A stretch of DNA of 64,000 nucleotides from an uncultured Candidatus Binatia bacterium (lineage in GTDB: Bacteria > Desulfobacterota > Binatia > UBA9968 > JAJDTQ01), in the NCBI GenBank assembly GCA_965242525.1, contig OZ251459.1:3872001-3936000 (forward strand), read 5' to 3'. The notes beneath the pieces are model-generated. The model was not told the origin of the DNA, did not search any database, and worked only from the letters and a program-made list of their open reading frames with translations. Positions 10,420 through 19,300 of the stretch are shown piece by piece. How positions within the stretch are numbered: the first letter of the stretch is position 1; every line of letters begins with the position of its first letter. A program made the translations under genes and the position numbers.

Positions 10420-12015
10420 ATGGGCGTTGCCGGAAAGGAAACGAACGGCTTGAGCAAGGACAAGCGCAGGAAAGCCGCGCCCGGACCCATGACCACCGTT
10501 CAGCGGCTCGACGGCATCATCAAGTCCGCGCGCAAGGTCATGCGCAAGGACAAGGGGCTGAACGGCGACCTGGACCGGCTGCCCATGCTCACCTGGGTCC
10601 TGTTCCTCAAGTTCCTGGACGACATGGAACGGATCGAGCAGGGGCGGGCGGAGTTGGCGGGGCGGGAATACCGTCCGATCATCGAGAAGCCCTACCGTTG
10701 GCGGGACTGGGCGGCTCCGGCCGGCGGCGTCAGCGGGCCGGACCTGCTGGCCTTCCTGGCCGCGGAGCGCACGGCCCGGGCCGACGGCAGCGCCGGTCCC
10801 GGGCTGTTCGCCTATCTCCAGGGGCTGCGCGACGACGACGGCCGGCGCGAGCGGCGCGACGTCATCGCCACCGTGTTCCAGCGGTTGACCAACCGCATGG
10901 AGAGCGGCTATCTGCTGCGCGACGTCATCAACCTGGTGGACGGCATCCACTTCGACTCGTCCGACGAGATCCACACCCTGGGCCGCCTGTACGAGAGCAT
11001 GCTCCGGGAGATGCGGGACGCGGCCGGCGATTCCGGCGAGTTCTACACTCCCCGCCCGGTGGTCCGTTTCATGGTGGAGGTCACCGACCCGCAGCTTGGC
11101 GAGACGGTCCTCGACCCGGCCTGCGGCACCGGCGGTTTCCTCACCGAGGCGTTCCGGCATCTGGAGCGCCGCGCCCATACGGTGGAGCAGCGTGCGGTCC
11201 TGCAAGACCGCAGCATCCAGGGCGGCGAGTCCAAGTCGCTGCCCTTCCTGCTGGCCCAGATGAACCTGCTGCTCCACGGGTTGCACGCCCCGCGCATCGA
11301 CCCGGGCAACTCGCTCCGTTTTCGCCTGGCGGAGATCGGCGAGGAACAGCGGGTGAACGTCGTCCTGACCAACCCGCCCTTCGGCGGCGAGGAGGAGGCC
11401 GGCGTCCTCAACAACTTCCCGGAGGACCGGCGCACCACCGAGACCGCGCTGCTGTTCCTGCAGCTCATCATGCGGCGCCTGAAGCGCGGCGGCCGCGGAC
11501 GCGCCGCGGTGGTGGTGCCCAACGGCACGCTGTTCGGCGACGGCCTGTCGGCGCGCATCAAGGCCGACCTGCTGGAGCGCTTCAACCTGCACACCATCGT
11601 CCGTCTGCCCGAAGGCGTGTTCGCGCCCTACACCGACATCCCCACCAACCTGGTCTTCTTCGACACCAACGGCGCCACCGAGACCATCTGGTACTACGAG
11701 CAACCCCGGCCGGAGGGCCGCCGGAAATACTCCAAGACCGCGCCCCTGCTGTACGAAGAATTGGCCGACTGCCTGGCATGGTGGAAGGACCGGAAGGAGC
11801 ACGAACGCGCCTGGAAAGTGGACGCCAAGGGGCTGGTTCGGCGCGACGAGCAGGGCCGGGCGGCGGCCTGCAACCTCGACCTCAAGAACCCCCATTCGGG
11901 CGAGACCGTGGACCACCGCGCCCCTGCCGAAATCGTGGACGGCATCATTGAAAAGGAGCGCCGCATCCTCGCCATCATGGACAAGATCAAGGCGACGCTG
12001 GGGGAGGGGGAGTGA
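10420..12015 (+). CDS. hsdM: Type I R-M methyltransferase subunit (start may be ATG 10489)
   Basis: GEFYTPR, DPACGTGGFL (motif I), NPPF (motif IV). Confidence 0.95.
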   Translation: MGVAGKETNGLSKDKRRKAAPGPMTTVQRLDGIIKSARKVMRKDKGLNGDLDRLPMLTWVLFLKFLDDMERIEQGRAELAGREYRPIIEKPYRWRDWAAPAGGVSGPDLLAFLAAERTARADGSAGPGLFAYLQGLRDDDGRRERRDVIATVFQRLTNRMESGYLLRDVINLVDGIHFDSSDEIHTLGRLYESMLREMRDAAGDSGEFYTPRPVVRFMVEVTDPQLGETVLDPACGTGGFLTEAFRHLERRAHTVEQRAVLQDRSIQGGESKSLPFLLAQMNLLLHGLHAPRIDPGNSLRFRLAEIGEEQRVNVVLTNPPFGGEEEAGVLNNFPEDRRTTETALLFLQLIMRRLKRGGRGRAAVVVPNGTLFGDGLSARIKADLLERFNLHTIVRLPEGVFAPYTDIPTNLVFFDTNGATETIWYYEQPRPEGRRKYSKTAPLLYEELADCLAWWKDRKEHERAWKVDAKGLVRRDEQGRAAACNLDLKNPHSGETVDHRAPAEIVDGIIEKERRILAIMDKIKATLGEGE

Positions 12016-13160
12016 TGGGGTGGCCGGTCGTCAAACTCGAAGAAGTTCTCGATCAAGATCTGGATTTAGTAAACGATCTTGAGCCGAAAATCTACAAGAA
12101 ACTTTCGGTGAAGCTCTACGGCAAAGGAGTGATGCCGGACAAGCCTGTTGATGCTCGTGTCGTTCGCATGAAAAAGCACCAAATTGCCAGGGAAGGACAG
12201 GTAATCGTCTCTGAAATCTGGGCCAAGAAAGGGGCAATCGGAATCGTCCCCGCCGATGGAAGCGGCGCTTTGTGTACAAGCCACTTCTTTCTCTTCAACC
12301 GAAACCCTGATCGAGTTACAGAGGGTTGGCTTCGGTATCTTTTCGTTGCAAACTTCCTTGAACCACAATTGAGTGCTGAGGCCAGAGGAACGACAGGCTA
12401 CGCATCTGTCAGGCCGCGCCACTTCCTTCAGTGTGAAGTTCCCCTCCCGCACCTTGGCGAGCAGCGACGGATCGTCGCCAAGCTGGACAAGGTAGCGGGG
12501 TTGGTGGAGGAACGAAGAAGGGTCATCGAGACAGCCGAGCGCGACGCCCATGCCATGCTGTCCAACGCCTTCCGGGAGGTTATCGACGGCGCGCCGTACC
12601 GTCCAATGGCCGAGGTCGCGCCGCTGGTCCGTCGACCGGTTGTGGTGGAGCCGGACCAACAGTATACCGAGATAGGCGTAAAGAGTTTCTACAATGGTAT
12701 TTTTCACCGGCGCACGATGAACGGGTCTGAATACAGTTGGCAGAAACTCTTCTGGATCAGGGAGGGTGATCTTGTCTTCAGCAACCTGATGGCTTGGGAG
12801 CAAGGGATTGCCGCGGCCTCGGCTGAAGACAACGGTTGTGTCGGAAATCACCGAATGCTGACGTGTGAAGTGAATCGCACCTTGGCAACTCCGCCTTTTC
12901 TGCTTGCCTACTTCAGAACGGAAGAAGGATTCATGCAGGTAGCGGAGCATTCCCCTGGAAGCATCGCCCGCAACAAGACCTTATCATCAAAAAAGTTGCC
13001 AACGATCGAAGTTCCCGTGCCGCCCCTCGACCGGCAACGGTGGTTCGGCCGCTTGCAGGCACAGGTTCACCAGATGGGGGCGATACGGGAAGGCGCCGGC
13101 CAGGACATGGACGCGTTGCTGCCGGCAATGCTACAAGGTGCGTTTCGGAGACGTGGATGA
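12012..13160 (+). CDS. hsdS: Type I R-M specificity subunit
   Basis: Two TRDs separated by conserved 'VPLPHLGEQRRIVAKLD'; second conserved block 'VPVPPLDRQ'; overlaps the hsdM stop. Confidence 0.92.
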   Translation: MMGWPVVKLEEVLDQDLDLVNDLEPKIYKKLSVKLYGKGVMPDKPVDARVVRMKKHQIAREGQVIVSEIWAKKGAIGIVPADGSGALCTSHFFLFNRNPDRVTEGWLRYLFVANFLEPQLSAEARGTTGYASVRPRHFLQCEVPLPHLGEQRRIVAKLDKVAGLVEERRRVIETAERDAHAMLSNAFREVIDGAPYRPMAEVAPLVRRPVVVEPDQQYTEIGVKSFYNGIFHRRTMNGSEYSWQKLFWIREGDLVFSNLMAWEQGIAAASAEDNGCVGNHRMLTCEVNRTLATPPFLLAYFRTEEGFMQVAEHSPGSIARNKTLSSKKLPTIEVPVPPLDRQRWFGRLQAQVHQMGAIREGAGQDMDALLPAMLQGAFRRRG

Positions 13161-14908
13161 GGGTTGACGCCAAGCGTCTGTGGGAGGCGGTGCGCCTCGG
13201 CGAGGACAGCGACCTCGAACTGAAGGAAGCGCGCTTCCGCGGCCGGCGCGTGTCCGCTCCCGCCCACGACGACCTTGCCGACGAATTCGCCGCGTTCGCC
13301 AACGCCCGGGGCGGCCGCCTCCTGCTCGGCGTGAGGGATGATCGAACGCCGCAGTCCCTCGACCCTGCGCAGCTCGATGCGCTGATGGACCTGGTCAAGG
13401 AGGTTTGCGAGGACAGCATCGAGCCGCGGCTGGACTTCGACGCCGTTCGCGTCCCCGTTCCCTCTCCCGGCGATGGCGGCGCCCTTGTTGTCGAGGTTCC
13501 GGCGGGGGACTCCGTCCACCGCTCACCCGGCGGCTACTACCGCCGCCGCGGCGACGCCAAGCGGCAAATGCAGCCGGACGACATTCGCCGCCTGCTGCAA
13601 GCCAGAGGCCAGTCCGCCGCCTCCACGGATACGCAGACGGTCCCCGACACCAGCTTCAACACCTTGCGCCCGGAACTGTGGCGGCGCTACGCGAGTTCGC
13701 GCGCCAGCGAGCCTGCCGAAATCACCCTCTCCAAGTTGAAGTTCGTCAAGACGGACCGGCAGGGAGCGCTCCGCGTTACGGTCGGCGGCGTATTGCTCGG
13801 CTGCGAGGAGCCTCGCGAGTGGCTGCCGAACGCCTACATCCAAGCCGTCTGCTACGACAGCGTTCGCATGGACGGCAACTGGCAACTCGACGCCCAGGAC
13901 ATCGGCGGGCCGCTCGACAGACAGATACGGGACGCCGTGCGTTTCGTGATGCGCAACCGCCGGGTGGCCGCGCACAAGGCGCCGGGACGCAGTGAAGTGC
14001 CGCAATACAGCGAACGGGCGGTGTTCGAGGCGGTGGTGAACGCGGTGGTGCATCGGGACTATGCGGTTGCCGGCTCCCACATTCGCCTGTTCATGTTCGA
14101 AGACCGCCTGGAGCTCTATTCCCCCGGCGGCCTGTGCAACTCCATGACCACGGACGACCTCCGCATCAGCCAATTCACCCGCAACGAACTGCTGGCGTCT
14201 CGGCTTGGCCAATGCCCCGTGGGCGACATTCCCGGCGCCGGCGGCAGGGATTACTTCATCGAGCGGCGCGGCGAGGGCGTCGCCGTAATCGAGGACGAGA
14301 CCTTCGCGCTCACCGGCAGGAAGCCCGTCTTCGAGATGATCGGGGAACGGGAGCTGAAGCTGACGCTGCCGGTGGCCAGCCCGCCGTTGCCGGACGGCAT
14401 CGCCGTGCGCGTGCGGGTGCGCGATGACCGCAGCGGTGAACCGCTGCGGGACGCCCATGTGCTGATGCTCTATCCCGACAAGACCTGTCGCGAGGGGCGC
14501 ACCGACGCCTTCGGCCGTGCGGATTTCACGGTGCACTCCCGGCTGCCGATGACCGTGCTGTGCGCCGCGCCGGGGTTCGCCGCGCGTGTGGCGAGGGACT
14601 GCATTCCGAACGGACCGCTGGAACTGCGCATGGCGCCGCTGCCGGGCGGGGGGTCGCTGATAATCGCCAGTGGAACGGGACGCCTGCCGGGCATCGAAGG
14701 GCGGCTCAACCCCATCCTCGACAACCACGACAGAACCTACCTGTACGCCGGCAACGTCGCCATCAACGACGGCCTGCAGCAGCCGGTCCATTTCGCCTTG
14801 AACGAGCCTGTCCGCTTGACGGACTCGCTGGGCGCCCATGCAACCCTGTGGTTCCGGGAGGTGCTGGGGGAATCCTGCGTGTTCGACTACCGTTTCGAGA
14901 CCGACTGA
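13157..14908 (+). CDS. Schlafen/AlbA_2 + HATPase_c_4 (RecG-C-like) protein with an extra C-terminal beta-rich domain
   Basis: 'GEDSDLELKE' and 'AFANARGGRLLLGVRD' (AlbA_2); 'EAVVNAVVHRDY', 'SPGGL', 'RNELLA', 'ERRGEG' (HATPase_c_4). ATGA overlap with hsdS. Confidence 0.8.
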   Translation: MRVDAKRLWEAVRLGEDSDLELKEARFRGRRVSAPAHDDLADEFAAFANARGGRLLLGVRDDRTPQSLDPAQLDALMDLVKEVCEDSIEPRLDFDAVRVPVPSPGDGGALVVEVPAGDSVHRSPGGYYRRRGDAKRQMQPDDIRRLLQARGQSAASTDTQTVPDTSFNTLRPELWRRYASSRASEPAEITLSKLKFVKTDRQGALRVTVGGVLLGCEEPREWLPNAYIQAVCYDSVRMDGNWQLDAQDIGGPLDRQIRDAVRFVMRNRRVAAHKAPGRSEVPQYSERAVFEAVVNAVVHRDYAVAGSHIRLFMFEDRLELYSPGGLCNSMTTDDLRISQFTRNELLASRLGQCPVGDIPGAGGRDYFIERRGEGVAVIEDETFALTGRKPVFEMIGERELKLTLPVASPPLPDGIAVRVRVRDDRSGEPLRDAHVLMLYPDKTCREGRTDAFGRADFTVHSRLPMTVLCAAPGFAARVARDCIPNGPLELRMAPLPGGGSLIIASGTGRLPGIEGRLNPILDNHDRTYLYAGNVAINDGLQQPVHFALNEPVRLTDSLGAHATLWFREVLGESCVFDYRFETD

Positions 14909-14991
14909 TTTCCCGTTCTTCAGGATTTCGCGTGGACGGTGTCCCACGGAGGGAATCGGACCTCATGGCGTGGGAGGGGAGTGTGGCACAC

Positions 14992-15486
14992 CTACACGAA
15001 ATCGGTATAGACGATGCGGCCGTTCTGCCTTGCCCAGGCTTCGGAGAATCCCACGTGGGAGATCACGTTGCTGCTTTGATCGAGCTGGCGTTCGGTCTCT
15101 TTGAGCACGACGGCCGGATCCATTTCATAGATGCACTTGCACCTTGTCTGTTCGTTCCTGTAGAAGACTGCCAGATATACCATCCTGTTCCGGATGATTC
15201 GCTCGAGGGACTTGGCGCGTTTGTCGCCAGGTTCCCTGAACATGCGGTCCAGTTGTCCCGTTCCGCCTTCTTGACAGGACAGATATTCGTATTGTTCATC
15301 GGGACGATTCGGAGCATGGGCATCCGCGTGGCGTTTTGAATGGACCAGTTCATGTCCCAATATGTCTGCAATGATCATCTCCTTCACCAGTCCTGGCTGA
15401 AGCAGGTTGGTAATGCCAACGGACCTCGCCAGTTTCGTGGCTTCGAGGATCAGTTCGATGATTTTGCGATAGATGGGTCGGGTCAC
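14992..15486 (-). CDS. Putative type II restriction endonuclease, PvuII-like
   Basis: 164 aa, overlaps the MTase end. Collinear similarity to PvuII recalled from memory: LARSVGITNLLQ, ADAH...QYEYLS, IYEMDP, WARQNGRIVY. Confidence 0.6.
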   Translation of the reverse strand: MTRPIYRKIIELILEATKLARSVGITNLLQPGLVKEMIIADILGHELVHSKRHADAHAPNRPDEQYEYLSCQEGGTGQLDRMFREPGDKRAKSLERIIRNRMVYLAVFYRNEQTRCKCIYEMDPAVVLKETERQLDQSSNVISHVGFSEAWARQNGRIVYTDFV

Positions 15487-16280
15487 TGGAAAAGCATCCT
15501 TGCCAGATGTTCATCGATCTTCCGAAGCCTCTCGTTTGCCGCCTTGACAAATTCCTTGTCCCGTTCGATTCCGATGAAATGGCGGTTGAGTCGCTTGCAG
15601 ACAACCGGACACGTGCCGACACCGGCAAATGGATCCAGTACCAAATCATCCTCCGCGGAGCTGGCCTTGACCAGGCGCTCCATGATCTGTTCGGGCTTCT
15701 GGATGGTATTGAGCGCGTCGCGGTTGAGCAGCTCTTTCGATTTGTAGGTCAATTGCTTGATGTCTCCCCACACGTCGCCGGGGTTCTTTCCGTCTCCGTT
15801 GAACTTCGTCTTCCGGTACCGTCCGTTTCTGACGGAAGGCACCCGTTCACAACGCAAGCGGTGGTCCAGTTCGACGAGTTGCGGAACGCGGACGGCGTCA
15901 AGGTCGAAGGTCCTCGGTTTGTCGCCCTTGATGAAGTAGCAGATGACATCATGGTTGTTGGTGTACTTGAGGCGCCCCTGGGCGAGTCGGCTCGGTTGGT
16001 ACCAGATGATCCGTGACCTGAGGTTCAGAAAAGGGCGATAGTCGATGAAGTCGATGCAGTTCGGTTTCCCGAAAAGGTACAAAGCGCCCCCTTCTTTCAG
16101 TTTCCTGGAAAATATGCGGATCAGATCCAGGTTGTATTCCTGGATGTTCTGGATTCTGTCCCATTGATTGCCCGTGACGCCGTACGGGCCGTCGCAGATG
16201 ACCAGGTCGATACTTCCGTCGTCGATCCGGGGAAACAAGTCGAAGGCGTCTGCCTGGTAGATGCGATCCAGCTCGATCAT
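15483..16280 (-). CDS. Beta-class N6/N4 DNA methyltransferase
   Basis: Motif IV 'DLVICDGPY' near the N-terminus; 'IQKPEQIMERLV'; motif I 'VLDPFAGVGT' near the C-terminus. Confidence 0.9.
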   Translation of the reverse strand: MIELDRIYQADAFDLFPRIDDGSIDLVICDGPYGVTGNQWDRIQNIQEYNLDLIRIFSRKLKEGGALYLFGKPNCIDFIDYRPFLNLRSRIIWYQPSRLAQGRLKYTNNHDVICYFIKGDKPRTFDLDAVRVPQLVELDHRLRCERVPSVRNGRYRKTKFNGDGKNPGDVWGDIKQLTYKSKELLNRDALNTIQKPEQIMERLVKASSAEDDLVLDPFAGVGTCPVVCKRLNRHFIGIERDKEFVKAANERLRKIDEHLARMLFQ

Positions 16281-16378
16281 TCGCCAGTTCCTTCCGATTT
16301 ACTTAGAGGTTCAGGTCACGTAATCTGTTTGGAGTCAAGTCAGCTCACGTCCAAGTCAAAACAGGGACAGATACTGTC

Positions 16379-19300
16379 TCACACATCCGGAATGACGAGA
16401 GGGAGAGAGCAGTTCGTCGACACCGGCTCCACTTCGCTCCCATTGTTGCGGCCACAACGAGTCAATTTGAAGTGACGAGTGGTCGCACCGAAGGTGTTTG
16501 CAATGTCGGCGATTGCACGAGACGTGGCGACGACCGCATGCCCTTCGGCTTCCGTGTTGTCAAATACAGGGCCAGCGCGTCCGTACCATCCGTCCACCCA
16601 CCAGATAGTTTCGACCGCAAGCTCCCCAGCCACAGTTCGCCAACAACCCGGTCGGGTAGGATCGGCAATCCATGCCAGCTTTGCTGCAAATTCAGGATTG
16701 AATGAAAGCCAGTCAGCGCGGACCTGATGAAACCGGTCGCCAGAGTTCTCGATGATCAAGGGATCTCCATTTTTCGGCAGTCTTCCGACAGGTGCGGTTG
16801 CGAGGTCCTTCAAGGTCATTGAGTGGCAAGAGGCGAGGATTCGGTCTTCAAGAGACAATTTCGTTCCGATGGTCGTTCCACACTGGAATGTTTCTTCCAG
16901 GTAACCCCAGTTCAAAACTCTCAGACGACTTCTTGCACCGATAAGCACCCGATCCTTGTATATGGACATGGTGAGATATTGCTCAAGCCGATCCTTGATC
17001 TCTTCGCGCCATCGGGCAATGGTCTGGTCATGACCTGCCGGCGGCGCAGGTGGGAGGACCTCCGGGCGGCTCTCCGCAGTGCGGCTCAAGGCATCGATGT
17101 CCAAAGTACGAAGTCGGCGGCACATTTCTGGTGACGCGTCTTCGAGCAAACCCGCGTCTCGTATATCAGCCAGGACTCGGCCGAACGCAGCGCGCGACGC
17201 GGCAATCCTCATAGTTGAGTATCTGAATTGAATCTGGGAGGAGGAATTGAGAGTACTCCGAACGACTTCCGGATCCGGGAGTGTAGCTAGTGCGGTGGAG
17301 GCATAGTGTGCCGCGATCGCTAATAATGTATGGAAGTTCAACCCCAGGTCGTCTGCAAGTATTGCATATTGCTCCAGGTGAGGGATGAGCAATACAGGGA
17401 TGGAACCAATAGGCGTGTCTGCCGGCTGAGGCAAATTCAATTGATACAACGGAGAAAGAGGTCGGTGGACGGATGACGATGAGGGGTCAACAAGATCACG
17501 GATAATTTGGCTAGGGTGGTTCGACAGTATGCATACTAGAGATTGAAGGGAGGCGGGAATGACGTATCCGTCTTGAGATTTGGCTCCAGCAAGGCAGCGT
17601 CCAGTTCGCTCCAAAATCTCGTCGCTTGAGTTAGGTTGGGCAAATCGGGCAAGTGCCTCGGCAACGAATCTGAATTTATTTCCAAGTGCGCGAATAACGA
17701 TGGCGGTAGCGGCGTCACGAACGAGAAAGGCAGGATGCGAAAGGTGTCCTACTGCAAGTTCCGCAAGTGCAGTCTGGGGATTTGATTCAGCGGCGGCCAC
17801 GCGTCGATCTCCATTGGGCGTGGGCATCCACCAGTAACATCCATGGTCTTGGAGAACATCCGGGCCGGGTAGTATTAGGCTTTCCGCGATCCCTTCGATA
17901 TAGCTGCGGACCTCCCGCCATATCGTCGGGGCGTCGAGGTCGGGATCGAGTATCGCGACAAGGTTATCCAGTTCGTTCAGCAACATGGGCGCCAGCCAAC
18001 GGCTTTCGTTAAGGTCATGAACGAGATACTTACACACATTCGCGCGCGCATCTGCATCGCCTAGCCGAATCGCAACGGCGGCTGCGTGTTGGCGGGTTCC
18101 GCCATCATATAGACGTGACCAGGACATACTTTCTGCCTCTTGTAGGATTCTGTTGGCAAACGACAACGCGGTTTTCGGGTATCCGTTTCGCTCGGCGGCC
18201 TTGCCAAGAGAAAGAAAAACTCGCATATTTTCTCTCGATCCGTCGTCAAATAGTTCGGTCAGCTTTTGCAGGTCTTCCTGTGTGAAGGTCAGTTGATCGA
18301 TGATCGGTGCCCAATGGAACAGTGAATCGTCAGTCTCTCTATGGCGAAAGGAGATGATGTCGTCGGCATTCCTTATATGCGAGGCAACATCGTCGCGTGC
18401 TATCCTCTGACCATCGGACAGTACCAGTGCATCGTAATGATGGTTATTTGATTTTTTCAGATTTTTGTGCTTGTATTTCCCGTCCTCGGTCCCGAGGCCG
18501 AGACCTTGCCGCCATTCGTTTCGCGTAGTCGATAGCGCATACTTGTCGGTACGAGTGGTGACCGACTTCGCCAGGATCGTGTGTGTTCCCTTCTTACCAC
18601 CACTTTTGGCCGCCACGATCAGAGACTCGGCGAGCTTTGGATGCGCACGGTTCGCCGCAGGAGCAAGCAACTCGGCAGTGATGTCCGCCGCTAGCTCGAC
18701 AGTGGCGATCTCTTCGGCACCACTATGTGTCAGGAGCCCGTCAATCAAGGCAGCGAGACACTCAAGATGATCGACCGTATGGTGCCGAACGAGAAATTCG
18801 AAAATGCGGACAGCCGCCACCGGATCTGCAGGGACTACTGCCGAGGGAAGATGGACTGCTGCCGATCCAGGAGCCCCTTCGGTCGTTGGGTTCGTCGCTA
18901 CGAGAACGCGGGCGAGCCAAGCGGCATCCTCGACACATCCTTCGCCTTCCGGTTGTGCGAGAGCCTTTGCCAGCCAGGAAACCCAAGTACCGCACTGATA
19001 ATCCTTGTGATATCCGACCCCAAACGCCATTCTTATCAATGAAAGTACGATACGGTATGCGCTTTCCTTCTCACCATTCTTGGAATAACGAACTACGAGG
19101 CTGGCCATATTTGCCACTCGCTCATCCATCGATTCTGAGAATATGGTTTCTTCGACTTCACAGAGTGTCTTCCGATAGAAAGAAACGTTTGCGCCTGCTG
19201 ATTGGAGATAATCGGCCAGTTCAAGTCGTAATGCCATTGGCCACTCGTCCGGATGGTCCTCGAACAGGCGCATGAGAGTATCACTTAAGCGCTGAGGGAG

